This document shows positions 1-8,958 of a stretch of 53,767 bases of DNA, in pieces (the first letter of the stretch is position 1; the number at the start of each line of letters is the position of its first letter). The DNA lies in assembly GCA_013415665.1 (NCBI GenBank), contig JAAEEQ010000001.1, positions 1 through 53,767 of the forward strand. Reading direction: 5' to 3'. A model generated the notes under the pieces. The model was not told the origin of the DNA and did not search any database. It saw only the letters and a program-made list of their open reading frames with translations. The DNA is from Methanomicrobiales archaeon. Its GTDB lineage: Archaea > Halobacteriota > Methanomicrobia > Methanomicrobiales > Methanomicrobiaceae. Made by a program: the position numbers and the translations under genes.

Positions 1-254
1 AGGTTGGCATTGCTCCGCACGTCCTCGAAGAACGCATCCCGATTTCTGTCGGATCGGCAGGCGGCAAGGGCAACGCCGTACCCTCCCGCGGCACCCAGGG
101 CGGGAGCCCCGCGGATTTCGAGCCGGACGATAGCCTCTGCAAGGCGTGCAACCGAGCTGCAGGAACTGACAATAAAACGTGCGGGCAGCTCCGTCTGGTC
201 GATATAGCGGATCGATGCCGTTTCGGCATCCCAGCAAATCGTCGCGGTATCCAT
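1..254 (-). CDS. MtnA / eIF-2B alpha-beta-delta family isomerase (methylthioribose-1-P or ribose-1,5-bisphosphate isomerase type), N-terminal part; gene runs off the left edge
   Basis: Not in the ORF track because there is no stop in the window. Reverse-strand reading from the ATG at 254 gives MDTATICWDAETASIRYIDQTELPARFIVSSCSSVARLAEAIVRLEIRGAPALGAAGGYGVALAA. The IRGAPAxG...AxxYG block is the conserved N-terminus of this family. Confidence 0.7.
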   Translation of the reverse strand, partial: MDTATICWDAETASIRYIDQTELPARFIVSSCSSVARLAEAIVRLEIRGAPALGAAGGYGVALAACRSDRNRDAFFEDVRSNAN

Positions 255-259
255 GGCCG

Positions 260-1540
260 TCACGCAGCACGGATGGCATCGGTAAAGGCACGCATCGCTG
301 CAGCTTCTGCCTGCATTACCGAGTCGGGAATGTCTTTTGGGGATGCCGCGGTGCCTGCCACATAGATGCCCGGCCTGATGGTGGTGACGGGAGCGACCTT
401 GGGATCGGGGGAGGAGAAAAATCCTGTTTCGTCATACGGGATGCCCAGGCGTGCAGCAAGCTCTTCAGCGCCGTTCGCAGGCTGCAGCCCCACCGAAAGC
501 ACCACGAGATCAGGATGGAGGTATTCCACCGCGCCGGTTTCGGTATTCTCGATCTGCATCTCCATGCCGTCAGCCGTTTCGTGAATTTCTCCGGGAAGCC
601 CACGCAGGAACCGGATGCCCAGCGTCTCTGCCCGGTTGTAGTACTCCTCGTAGCCTTTGCCGTACGCACGAATGTCCATGTAACAGATGGTCACATCGAT
701 GTCCGGGTTTTTTTCCTTGATCAGGATGGCATTCTTGATGGCGTACATGCAGCAGACGCAGGAGCAGTAGGGCCTGCCCTGTGCGACGTCGCGGGACCCG
801 ACGCACTGGATAAAGACAAGGCTCTTCGGCGGGGCACCGTCGGAAAGACGCCGGAGGGTTCCTCCGGTGGGTCCGCTCGCATTGATCATCCGTTCCAGCT
901 CCATGCTCGAGATGACGTCGGGGATTTTTAAGTAGGCGTACTGCGGTTTGCCGCAGGCATTGAAGGTCTCGTACCCCGTCGTAATGACAATGCTGGCAAC
1001 AGTGAGCGTAAACTCCTGTTCCCGGTCCTCGTCGTCATGCAGGATGGCGTCACGGTCGCAGACCTCGTAGCAGAGCCCGCAGTCGATGCAGTGTTCGCGG
1101 TCGCGGATGACGACATTGGGGACGATCTGGGCGTGCGGTTTATAGATGGCCTTCCGGACACCGATGCCGGCATCGAAACGGTTGTACACCTCGACCGGAC
1201 AGATCTCCTCGCAGTCGCCGCAGCCGTTGCACCGCTCTTCGTCGATATAGCGGGGGTGGTGAACCAGCCGGATGGAGAAATTCCCTACCTCGCCTTCGAT
1301 GCCCACAACTTCCGTGCAGGTATGCATCCTGATGAGGGGATGCCGTTCGACATCGACCATTTTGGGGCTTAAAATACACATCGAACAGTCGTTCGTCGGG
1401 AAGGTCTTGTCAAGCATGGCCATATGGCCGCCGATCGTCGGTTCCCGCTCGATGAGGTGAACCTGCACCCCGTGGTTTGCAATGTCGAGTGCTGCCTGAA
1501 TGCCCGCGACACCCGCCCCAATCACCGCCACTTCGCTCAA
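260..1540 (-). CDS. HdrA-like FAD/FeS oxidoreductase (short heterodisulfide reductase subunit A family protein)
   Basis: 426 aa. Has an FAD fold (VIGAGVAGIQAALDIA), an HdrA-type PTNDCSMCILSPKM motif and two ferredoxin-type clusters (CNGCGDCEEICP, CIDCGLCYEVCD). Shorter than the canonical HdrA as I recall it. Confidence 0.8.
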   Translation of the reverse strand: MSEVAVIGAGVAGIQAALDIANHGVQVHLIEREPTIGGHMAMLDKTFPTNDCSMCILSPKMVDVERHPLIRMHTCTEVVGIEGEVGNFSIRLVHHPRYIDEERCNGCGDCEEICPVEVYNRFDAGIGVRKAIYKPHAQIVPNVVIRDREHCIDCGLCYEVCDRDAILHDDEDREQEFTLTVASIVITTGYETFNACGKPQYAYLKIPDVISSMELERMINASGPTGGTLRRLSDGAPPKSLVFIQCVGSRDVAQGRPYCSCVCCMYAIKNAILIKEKNPDIDVTICYMDIRAYGKGYEEYYNRAETLGIRFLRGLPGEIHETADGMEMQIENTETGAVEYLHPDLVVLSVGLQPANGAEELAARLGIPYDETGFFSSPDPKVAPVTTIRPGIYVAGTAASPKDIPDSVMQAEAAAMRAFTDAIRAA

Positions 1541-2025
1541 AGCCGGTACCTCTCTGCAAGTTTACGGTACTCCCGTGCATTTTTCACAATGCCCTCAACC
1601 TGCTCAGCGGTGAGGGTGCGGACCACTTTTCCGGGCACGCCGAGCACCAGCGAACGGGGCGGGACCTGTGACCCTTCGGTCACCACCGCACCGGCTCCGA
1701 CAATGGATTCCGTGCCGATGTCTGCGCCGTTCATGACGATCGAGCCCATGCCGACCAGCACGCGGTCGGCAATAGTGCAGCCGTGGAGGATGGCGCCATG
1801 CCCGACCGACACCTGCGTGCCGAGGCGGACAGGATGGCCGGCGGATGTATGAACGACGGCATTATCCTGGATGTTTGTTTCATTACCCACAGAAATGGTA
1901 TCTTTGTCAGCCCGGACGACCGCACCGAACCATATGCTCACACCATCGCCGATGGTAACGTCGCCGATCACTGTTGCGTTCGCTGCGCAGAAAAGAGCCT
2001 GATCGGAGGGTGTACCAGTACTCAT
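1537..2025 (-). CDS. gamma-class carbonic anhydrase / YrdA-PaaY family hexapeptide-repeat protein
   Basis: 162 aa with left-handed beta-helix hexapeptide periodicity and a GHGAILHGC block. Its stop overlaps the start of the downstream hdrA-like gene by 4 nt. Confidence 0.8.
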   Translation of the reverse strand: MSTGTPSDQALFCAANATVIGDVTIGDGVSIWFGAVVRADKDTISVGNETNIQDNAVVHTSAGHPVRLGTQVSVGHGAILHGCTIADRVLVGMGSIVMNGADIGTESIVGAGAVVTEGSQVPPRSLVLGVPGKVVRTLTAEQVEGIVKNAREYRKLAERYRL

Positions 2026-2055
2026 ATTAGTATAGGAGTTTAATCACTCACATCA

Positions 2056-2514
2056 ATGAAAGTTATGGTGGGGGGAACGTTCGATCCCCTGCATGACGGG
2101 CATAAAAAACTGCTCGGGCGTTCATTTGAACTTGCCGGTCCCGGCGGCCTGGTGATCATCGGCCTGACCACGGATACGTTCGCCGGCAGAAAAACCCACC
2201 CGGTCCGTCCGTACCGTGACAGGAAGCGCGATCTCGAGGAGTATCTCGCTTCATCGGATAGTGCCGCCGACTGGTATATCGAGCCGTTAGCGGACCGGTT
2301 CGGTTCGGCGCTCGAGGCGGACTTCGACGCGCTGGTCGTCAGCGAGGAGACGTTGCCGATCGGTGTTGAAATCAACCGGTTACGAAGGGAAAAAAACAAA
2401 AAGAAGGTTGATATTCACCAGATAACCTGCGTCCTTGCCGAGGACGGGCGCTGGATATCGAGCACCCGGATACACCGCGGGGAAATCGACGCTCACGGCC
2501 ACCTGATGCGCTGA
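2056..2514 (+). CDS. coaD: archaeal-type phosphopantetheine adenylyltransferase
   Basis: 152 aa. MKVMVGGTFDPLHDGHKKLL carries the nucleotidyltransferase HxGH signature, and the C-terminus has ISSTRI. Confidence 0.75.
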   Translation: MKVMVGGTFDPLHDGHKKLLGRSFELAGPGGLVIIGLTTDTFAGRKTHPVRPYRDRKRDLEEYLASSDSAADWYIEPLADRFGSALEADFDALVVSEETLPIGVEINRLRREKNKKKVDIHQITCVLAEDGRWISSTRIHRGEIDAHGHLMR

Positions 2515-2523
2515 AACGGATTT

Positions 2524-2985
2524 TCAGATGATATGGCTGGTGATATCCTTCGTAATGACCGTATCGCAGTACAGGCAGTGGAGCCCTGCTGCCGTCACTT
2601 CAAAACTGCTCTCAATCGGTTCGCTGGTATTGGAAATGCAGCCGGGATTGGGGCAGCGGACGACACCCCGCAGGATGCCTGAGATTTCCACGCCCTTTTT
2701 CTCCGTCACCAGGTAATTCCTGATGATATTGATGGTCGCACGGGGCGCGATGAGGGCGATCCTGTTGACTTCTTCCTTGACCAGCTCGCGTTTTTCGATT
2801 TTCACGATGTCCTTCTTTCCCATGTGCTTGCTTGCCACATTGGTTGCGATGGAGAGGCATTCTTCCGTCGTTCCGGTGATGCCGAGAATCCTGAGCACAT
2901 TGAGCGCTTCTCCCGCGGTGATGTGATCGATCACCGTGCCGTCCCTGATGGGGCTCACGAGGAGGCCGGGAGGCGTCTGCTTCAT
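2524..2985 (-). CDS. pyrI: aspartate carbamoyltransferase regulatory subunit
   Basis: 153 aa. C-terminal zinc domain CPNPGC...CLYC. Overlaps pyrB by 4 nt. Confidence 0.9.
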   Translation of the reverse strand: MKQTPPGLLVSPIRDGTVIDHITAGEALNVLRILGITGTTEECLSIATNVASKHMGKKDIVKIEKRELVKEEVNRIALIAPRATINIIRNYLVTEKKGVEISGILRGVVRCPNPGCISNTSEPIESSFEVTAAGLHCLYCDTVITKDITSHII

Positions 2986-3881
2986 TGCCCCATCACCTCC
3001 TGCAGCATCGCCATCCTGACGGGGACGCCGTTTTTTGCCTGTTCGAAGTACCGGGCATAGGGCAGGTCATCCACCCGGGGGTCAATCTCTCCCGCCCGGG
3101 GCAGCGGATGGAGTATGATCAGCGAGTTTTTCACCCCCGTCAGGATTTCCGGGGTGATCCGGTAACTCTGGGCGACATTCAGGAATGATGCTGAATCAGG
3201 GAACCGTTCGCGCTGCATGCGCGTCACGTAGAGCACATCGAGCGACGGGAGAATGTCGCTCACATCCTCGTAGGCGATGACCTCCATTCCCCGCTCCTTC
3301 AGTTCGCCAAGCAGATGTTCCGGCAGTTCGAGGCCGCTCGGCGCAATGGTATGGAGGGTGACGTCGTAATGCGAGAGGGCGTAAGCAAGGGAGTGTGCCG
3401 TTCTCCCGTACCGGAGGTCACCGAGGAGGCCCACGTCGATCGCATCGAGCGGCATGGACTGGCGGATGGTGTAGAGATCCAGCAGGGTCTGTGACGGGTG
3501 CTGTCCTGCGCCGTCTCCGGCATTAATGACCGGGACGGTCGCGAACTCGCTGGCAAGGCGTGCGGCCCCCTCCCGCGGGTGCCGGAGTACAATCGCGTCG
3601 ACATACCCCGATACCACCCGGACGGTATCGGCGAGGGTTTCCCCTTTGATGATGGAGCTCCCTTCCACGCTGTCGACGCAGATGGATGCGCCGCCCAGCC
3701 GGGCGAGGGCTGAGGCAAATGACATGCGGGTGCGGGTGCTCGGCTCAAAAAAGAGAAGAGCGACCAGTTTTCCCTCAAGGCTTCGTTCGTAAACCCCCTG
3801 TGTATCGATCTCCTCCGCCCGTGCAAGCAGATTGTCGATATCTTCCCGTTCAAAGTCCTTGATCGATATGATATGGTACAT
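2982..3881 (-). CDS. pyrB: aspartate carbamoyltransferase catalytic subunit
   Basis: 299 aa with FFEPSTRTRMSF, GQHPSQ and HPLPR motifs. Confidence 0.95.
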   Translation of the reverse strand: MYHIISIKDFEREDIDNLLARAEEIDTQGVYERSLEGKLVALLFFEPSTRTRMSFASALARLGGASICVDSVEGSSIIKGETLADTVRVVSGYVDAIVLRHPREGAARLASEFATVPVINAGDGAGQHPSQTLLDLYTIRQSMPLDAIDVGLLGDLRYGRTAHSLAYALSHYDVTLHTIAPSGLELPEHLLGELKERGMEVIAYEDVSDILPSLDVLYVTRMQRERFPDSASFLNVAQSYRITPEILTGVKNSLIILHPLPRAGEIDPRVDDLPYARYFEQAKNGVPVRMAMLQEVMGQ

Positions 3882-4060
3882 GCGGATCTCTCACAGATAG
3901 GTGTGAACGTATCATACAAATCCGCTTCGAACCGGCGGGTGCAAACCCCCGCCTCTCCTGCGGACGACACCTCTGGCAGAGGATTTGCGAGTGGCCGATA
4001 ATAGATGTATGCCTCCCGTCCGCGGTCCCGGGTCGGAAAAAACGGTAAAAAGGTATGGTG

Positions 4061-5644
4061 TTATGCCGGGACATCGCCGGATTTCCCGGCAATGCGTTCC
4101 CAGAGCAGCACGCCTGCTAGTGCGACAAACGAGAGCGGGAGTGCGATTACCAGCGGGTCAACGACCTGCCACGGCATCCCGAGCACCGCATCGGCTCCGA
4201 ACAGCAGGCCTGAAAGGCCGAGCGGCTTGGATTCTGCAAGGTGCACAAAGGCGGTCCAGATGAACCAGACAGCGGCACCGACGACCAGGCTGATGATCGC
4301 TGCACGCGTCGAAGGGCGTGTGCTGTACAGGGCATGGATGTATGCCGGCAGGAAGGCGGAGGCGCACAGCCCCATGAACATGACCGTTGCGCGGGCGATT
4401 ATGCTTCCCGGGAGGCCGTATGCCACGATCACGCTCGCAATAATCATCACGACCGTCCCTATCTGGGTCACCCGCATTGAACAGCGCTCCTGGCGAATGA
4501 CCGTCCACAGGTCGTACCCGACAGCGGTTCCCATGGTGTGGAAGAGCGAGCTCAACGTGGACATCGCCGCCGCGAGGAGGGCGAGCATGAAGATAATCAC
4601 GAAGAGATCGGGCATCGAGGCATTGATGTAGGCGGGAATAATCGAGTCGATGTTTCCTCCGGCCGCCGTCAGGGCAAGCTGCCCCTGCGTCTTGATGAAA
4701 TAGACGTTCGTCAGCGCCCCCACGGTGAACGCCACGCCGGTCATCATCAGGATGAACGGCCCGCCAACGGCTACGGCGCGGTGAATGGCTTTTGTATTCG
4801 CCACCGTCATGAACCGGACGATCAGCTGCGGCTGGGCGAGTACGCCGATGCCGACGCCAAGCACGATCGAGGTTATCAGGGTCAGCCAGATCGGCGAGGC
4901 GAATGCGGGCATGGACGCCCACCCCGTGTGCCCGCCGGCGGCGAGTGAGGCGGGGATCTGATCGCTGAGGGCCTGAAGTGCCGTATGTGCTTCCACAACG
5001 CCGCCGAGGTGAATATAGGTGAGCAGGAGCAGGAGTGTCATGCCGACGAGCATGATGCCTCCCTGCAGCGCGTCGGTGTACATCACTGCAATCAGGCCGC
5101 CCAGGATGACATAGGCGGCAACGATTGCCGCAAAGCCGATGAGCGCGCTGTCATAGGGGACGTTGAGCGTTGTTTCGATGAAACGCGCACCCCCGATCAG
5201 GATTGCAGCGGTATAGAGCGGCATGCCGATGATGATGATGACACTGCTCGCCGACTGGATGAAACGCGAGCTATACTGTTTCCCCATAAGGTCCGGGAAG
5301 GTCACGGCGCCAAGCCGGTGGCCGATCTCCCGGGTCTTTTTTCCGAAGATCACGAACGCGAGCAGAATCCCGATGCCGACATTCAGCACGGTAAGCCAGA
5401 TGACGCCCATCCCGAGATACGCGGCGTACCCGCCGAACCCGACGATTGCCGAGGTGCTGATAAAGGTTGCCCCGTAGGAGAGGGCAAGCACTACGGGATG
5501 GATCTTTCTTCCGGCAACAAGGTAATCATCGTGCTCCTTTGTTTTTTTGTACCCGATGTAGCCGAGGCCGATGACCATCAGGAGGTATACTGCGGTGACG
5601 GCAACGAGGGTGAGCGGATCAACTGCCATGGTCTTCTCCGCCAT
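4061..5644 (-). CDS. sodium:solute symporter (SSS) family transporter
   Basis: 527 aa polytopic membrane protein with SSS-family-like sequence. Preceded by a small accessory ORF. Confidence 0.8.
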   Translation of the reverse strand: MAEKTMAVDPLTLVAVTAVYLLMVIGLGYIGYKKTKEHDDYLVAGRKIHPVVLALSYGATFISTSAIVGFGGYAAYLGMGVIWLTVLNVGIGILLAFVIFGKKTREIGHRLGAVTFPDLMGKQYSSRFIQSASSVIIIIGMPLYTAAILIGGARFIETTLNVPYDSALIGFAAIVAAYVILGGLIAVMYTDALQGGIMLVGMTLLLLLTYIHLGGVVEAHTALQALSDQIPASLAAGGHTGWASMPAFASPIWLTLITSIVLGVGIGVLAQPQLIVRFMTVANTKAIHRAVAVGGPFILMMTGVAFTVGALTNVYFIKTQGQLALTAAGGNIDSIIPAYINASMPDLFVIIFMLALLAAAMSTLSSLFHTMGTAVGYDLWTVIRQERCSMRVTQIGTVVMIIASVIVAYGLPGSIIARATVMFMGLCASAFLPAYIHALYSTRPSTRAAIISLVVGAAVWFIWTAFVHLAESKPLGLSGLLFGADAVLGMPWQVVDPLVIALPLSFVALAGVLLWERIAGKSGDVPA

Positions 5645-5741
5645 TATGCCAGTTCACGTAGCCGTACACGATGCACGCGAGTGCGAATCCGATTGCGAGC
5701 AGATATCCGATCACGATTTGAATGTCAGTAATCCCAAACAT
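5619..5741 (-). CDS. symporter small accessory membrane protein (40 aa)
   Basis: Below the ORF-track size cutoff. Reverse reading from the ATG at 5741 gives MFGITDIQIVIGYLLAIGFALACIVYGYVNWHNGGEDHGS, with a TGA stop at 5619-5621. It has one TM helix and ends in a YG.VNW..G-type motif, as in the small proteins that precede SSS transporters. Overlaps the symporter start by 26 nt. Confidence 0.6.
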   Translation of the reverse strand: MFGITDIQIVIGYLLAIGFALACIVYGYVNWHNGGEDHGS

Positions 5742-5782
5742 GAGAAAACACCTCGCGGTATTCAGTTTTTTGACCATTCCAC

Positions 5783-5808
5783 GGGAACAGGTTGTACAAC
5801 CGGTTCCC
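5783..5808. promoter_or_regulatory. 26-nt near-perfect palindrome (candidate operator) just downstream of a TATA-like box for the symporter operon
   Basis: GGGAACAGGTTGTACAACCGGTTCCC has 13-nt arms with one mismatch. It lies 42-67 nt upstream of the small-ORF ATG. The reverse strand has TTTAGATA at 5809-5816 immediately upstream. Confidence 0.4.
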
Positions 5809-5965
5809 TATCTAAAGAAAAAGGCAAAAACGACAGAGTTGTCCACAAAAATACAGCAGTGCTGCCTGTGTGTCATGGACATCTGAATACCAATATACCC
5901 ATCGCCGTTCCGGCTATTTAAATCTATTGACCCGATATGCGGCGCTGCGGCGCAAAATCAGTCCC

Positions 5966-6691
5966 TCAGGTGCGTGCAATGGTAATATAGCCGGTGTGGC
6001 AGACACGGGTCGACGGGCGGGTGCCGCGGTTGGTGCGCGTGAGTTCGCGTTCGATCAGCTCATGGGTGTGCACTTCCCGGAAAAGCTCTCCGGCGGCATC
6101 CATCACCGCAAACGTCTGTTCAAGAAACGGCGTATAGGTGGCAAGGTAGCCGCCGGGCGACAGGAGCGCGTACGCGGCTTCAATGTGGCTCCGTTCGATA
6201 TGGAGGTCGAGATGGACGATATCGAATCTCCCTTCCGCCTCCCGCATGTCACCGGCAACGGCCCTGACATTGTCGAGCTTTGCCTCGCCGATATTCTTCT
6301 CTGCCTGCCGGGCAAATTCCTCGCGGATTTCGAAGGTCGTCACGCTTCCCGCAACACCGCCAAAAAAAATCGCAGCGATGCCGCTCCCCGTTCCGGCGTC
6401 CAGCACGTTATCGCGATGGTTCATGCCGGTCAGGCCGATGACCATCCCGATATCTTTCGGCAGCATCGGCGCCCCGCTGCGTCGGGCGTGGGTGAAGAAA
6501 TCGGGTGCACGCGGCAGCCTGACGGAGAAGCATTTCCCGAGATGCGAGGGGATTTCGTCGCCGGGCTCCATTCCCACGAGAAGATCGAGATCAACGATGC
6601 CGCGATCCGTCGAGAGTTTCCCCCCTCCGGCCCGCACATAGAATTCCCGGTCGTCCTGCAGGAGGATGACGCGATCGTTGCTTTCGATCAT
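5966..6691 (-). CDS. trmI: tRNA (adenine-N1)-methyltransferase, TrmI/Gcd14 family
   Basis: 241 aa. SAM motif VLDAGTGSGIAAIF and TrmI-like N-terminal domain. Confidence 0.8.
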   Translation of the reverse strand: MIESNDRVILLQDDREFYVRAGGGKLSTDRGIVDLDLLVGMEPGDEIPSHLGKCFSVRLPRAPDFFTHARRSGAPMLPKDIGMVIGLTGMNHRDNVLDAGTGSGIAAIFFGGVAGSVTTFEIREEFARQAEKNIGEAKLDNVRAVAGDMREAEGRFDIVHLDLHIERSHIEAAYALLSPGGYLATYTPFLEQTFAVMDAAGELFREVHTHELIERELTRTNRGTRPSTRVCHTGYITIART

Positions 6692-7026
6692 GCACCGGTG
6701 AGCTTGAGGATCGCATCCGCGATATCGCCCGCAGCCTCTTTGAGTGCCGATTCTGCGGATTCGCGGGAAACGCCGGCCTGTTCCATGACCAGCGCGATGT
6801 CTTCTTCGGGGATAACGATCTCTGCCGGTTCAAACCGCGGTTCGCCGTTGAGCTGGTACGTCGTGACTCCCTGCATCGTCGTCGCGATTACTTCGGCGGG
6901 CTCAAACACGTACCTGCCCTGCGCCGTGTAGACGATCACCCGCTCGACATTCTCAATCGTATCCATTTTCATGCCGAGCTGTTTCATCATCTGCTTCATC
7001 TTCTTCGGGTTCATGCCAGGAATCAT
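6688..7026 (-). CDS. nac: nascent polypeptide-associated complex protein
   Basis: 112 aa. N-terminus MNPKKMKQMMKQLGM, NAC beta-barrel region and a C-terminal UBA-like tail. Confidence 0.9.
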   Translation of the reverse strand: MIPGMNPKKMKQMMKQLGMKMDTIENVERVIVYTAQGRYVFEPAEVIATTMQGVTTYQLNGEPRFEPAEIVIPEEDIALVMEQAGVSRESAESALKEAAGDIADAILKLTGA

Positions 7027-7027
7027 C

Positions 7028-7501
7028 TCAGGTCCTCCCTTTTCGTATTTGTACTGCTACTCCGTAATTAAATGCCAGCATTTCCCTGCCGGAAAGGAGC
7101 GCCGTGCCGGTTGCGCAGAGGGCATCGCCGGAAACCACCAGCACCTCTTCTCCGACCCTGATTTCGGGATCGGCGGCTGTTACGTGTTTCGCCATCGCGT
7201 TTTTGCCGGCGGCGACGAACCCGGCGACCTCGTCGGCAATCGTCACGCGGTACCGCGGCGGAGGGACTGCCTGCATCAGCCGCTCCGCCCCGTCGATGCT
7301 CAGGGTCAGCCGGCCGTCACCTGCCCGGAGCGTGGCGAGACGGTTTCCGCCGAGGAGGATGTACCGTATCCGCCCGGTGCTGGAAAACCGGAACTCCACG
7401 TTTTCCGGAAACAAACGCTCTCCTATGCCCTCTCCGAACTGAAAATCGGCAATCGTCCTGGCCCGTTTAAGCGGATTGTTCTCGTAATACTCTGTTGACA
7501 C
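7028..7501 (-). CDS. PUA-domain RNA-binding protein
   Basis: C-terminal PUA-like region (GEEVLVVSGDALCATGTALLSGREM) and LKRARTIADFQFG near the N-terminus. I place the start at the GTG at 7501. The track's 7642 start would run deep into the upstream DHH gene, and an ATG at 7558 is an alternative. Confidence 0.65.
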   Translation of the reverse strand: MSTEYYENNPLKRARTIADFQFGEGIGERLFPENVEFRFSSTGRIRYILLGGNRLATLRAGDGRLTLSIDGAERLMQAVPPPRYRVTIADEVAGFVAAGKNAMAKHVTAADPEIRVGEEVLVVSGDALCATGTALLSGREMLAFNYGVAVQIRKGRT

Positions 7502-8843
7502 GGTCAGCAAACTCCTGTTCTGCAACTTTGGGTATGTACGCCCCTGCCGCAATGGCATGCCCTCCCCCTGCCCCTCCGACTTCGGCAGAGGCGATCTGGA
7601 GCGCGTGCTGCAGATCGATGCCACGGGACACCATCCGTTCATTGGTCCGCATCGAAACCTTGACCAGTTCGGGATCGTCGGGCAGATAGCAGAGGATCAT
7701 GATGGGTTTTCTCCAGTTCAGTTTCGACAGGGAAATGCCCGCTCCGATGCCGACGATCGTGTCGGGAAACCGGTCGCCGACATGCAGGTACTGCAGGTGC
7801 GAAAGCTCCGTGACACCTTTATCGGCAATGAACTGTACCAGCTCGCGAATAATGCTCCGGTGGTGCCGCAGCATCTGCTCCGCATCGCGGTATGCGCTGC
7901 CGCGATCGCCGCGGCAGACAGCCGATCCGATACGCGGCTGGGCCCATCTTCCGCATGCGTTGAGCAGGGTTGCGTATTCGGATGCATTCCGGAGCGGGGT
8001 CTGCTCCGCCTCATCCGGGAAATAGTAGGTCTCGGCAAAGAGCCGGTCGACGCTCTGGCCGTGGGCGATCAGCTGCTGTGCGATCCCGCTGATGACGGCG
8101 CGCCGCTCATCGATGCTGAATTCTTCCCAGACCCGCCAGCGCCCGGCATGTTCGCGAAGAGGGATGTCGAGGTTTTCAAGAAACGAACGCGCATATTGGG
8201 CATTATTGCTGATGCGGGGGATATACGGGTCATCGCAGTAACTTAAGCAGACATGGACGGGGCGGGTCGACAGGCCGTAGCAGTTGAGATCGCGCTCGAC
8301 ATGCCGGATTGTTCCCTCACGCACGCCGTCGGAGACGATATCGCGTGCAGGCCCGACAAGCCCGCAGTGTTCCCGTGCCATCATGTCACCCACGTTGCCG
8401 ATGACCCCGAGCGGGGCAAGGCGCACATTGGTGTCGTCGAGACAGGTGGCGACAAAATATGCGATCCCCGCGGCGCTCAGTTTCGTATGCCCGTGATCAA
8501 GGCCGTTGACCTGCTGGTACGCGATTCCGGCAGGCTGGGCGACGTGGTGGTCGATGATGACTGCATCGCGTTCGTAAAGGCCGTGCTCTTCGAGAAGGTT
8601 CTGCTGGCCCGCCCCGAGATCGACGAAGACTTTCAGGGTATCGTCGATCGGTACATGGCGCATGGTCAGCGGTTCGAGCTGGCGCACGAAGACTGATGTG
8701 ACGGGAATTCCTTCCTGTGCGATGGCCTGGGCCAGGATCGCCTCGCTGGCAATACCGTCGGCATCGATATGCGAGACAACGGTCACCGCCTCGGCGTCAC
8801 GGATGCGTCCGGCTACGGCATCGATATCGGCAGAAAATCCCAT
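7467..8843 (-). CDS. DHH/DHHA1 phosphoesterase (archaeal RecJ/GAN-like)
   Basis: Motifs VVSHIDADGIAS, IIDHHV and GGGHAIAAGA. Start taken at the internal Met (MGFSADIDAV), because the longer track ORF adds a basic low-complexity leader. Confidence 0.75.
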   Translation of the reverse strand: MGFSADIDAVAGRIRDAEAVTVVSHIDADGIASEAILAQAIAQEGIPVTSVFVRQLEPLTMRHVPIDDTLKVFVDLGAGQQNLLEEHGLYERDAVIIDHHVAQPAGIAYQQVNGLDHGHTKLSAAGIAYFVATCLDDTNVRLAPLGVIGNVGDMMAREHCGLVGPARDIVSDGVREGTIRHVERDLNCYGLSTRPVHVCLSYCDDPYIPRISNNAQYARSFLENLDIPLREHAGRWRVWEEFSIDERRAVISGIAQQLIAHGQSVDRLFAETYYFPDEAEQTPLRNASEYATLLNACGRWAQPRIGSAVCRGDRGSAYRDAEQMLRHHRSIIRELVQFIADKGVTELSHLQYLHVGDRFPDTIVGIGAGISLSKLNWRKPIMILCYLPDDPELVKVSMRTNERMVSRGIDLQHALQIASAEVGGAGGGHAIAAGAYIPKVAEQEFADRVNRVLREQSA

Positions 8844-8958
8844 TGTTTCAGTACCTGTGCGGGGAAACCCGATAAAGACTGCTCTCCCCCGGAAATTGCG
8901 GCTAATCGTAACCCTTCTAAGAATGGAGCGCATCAGTATCCTGTGAGAGTCTTGAGGC

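Noticed and set aside
5870-6931. 353-aa plus-strand ORF across trmI and nac
   Set aside because: It is antisense to two genes with clear family motifs, and its composition is artefact-like.
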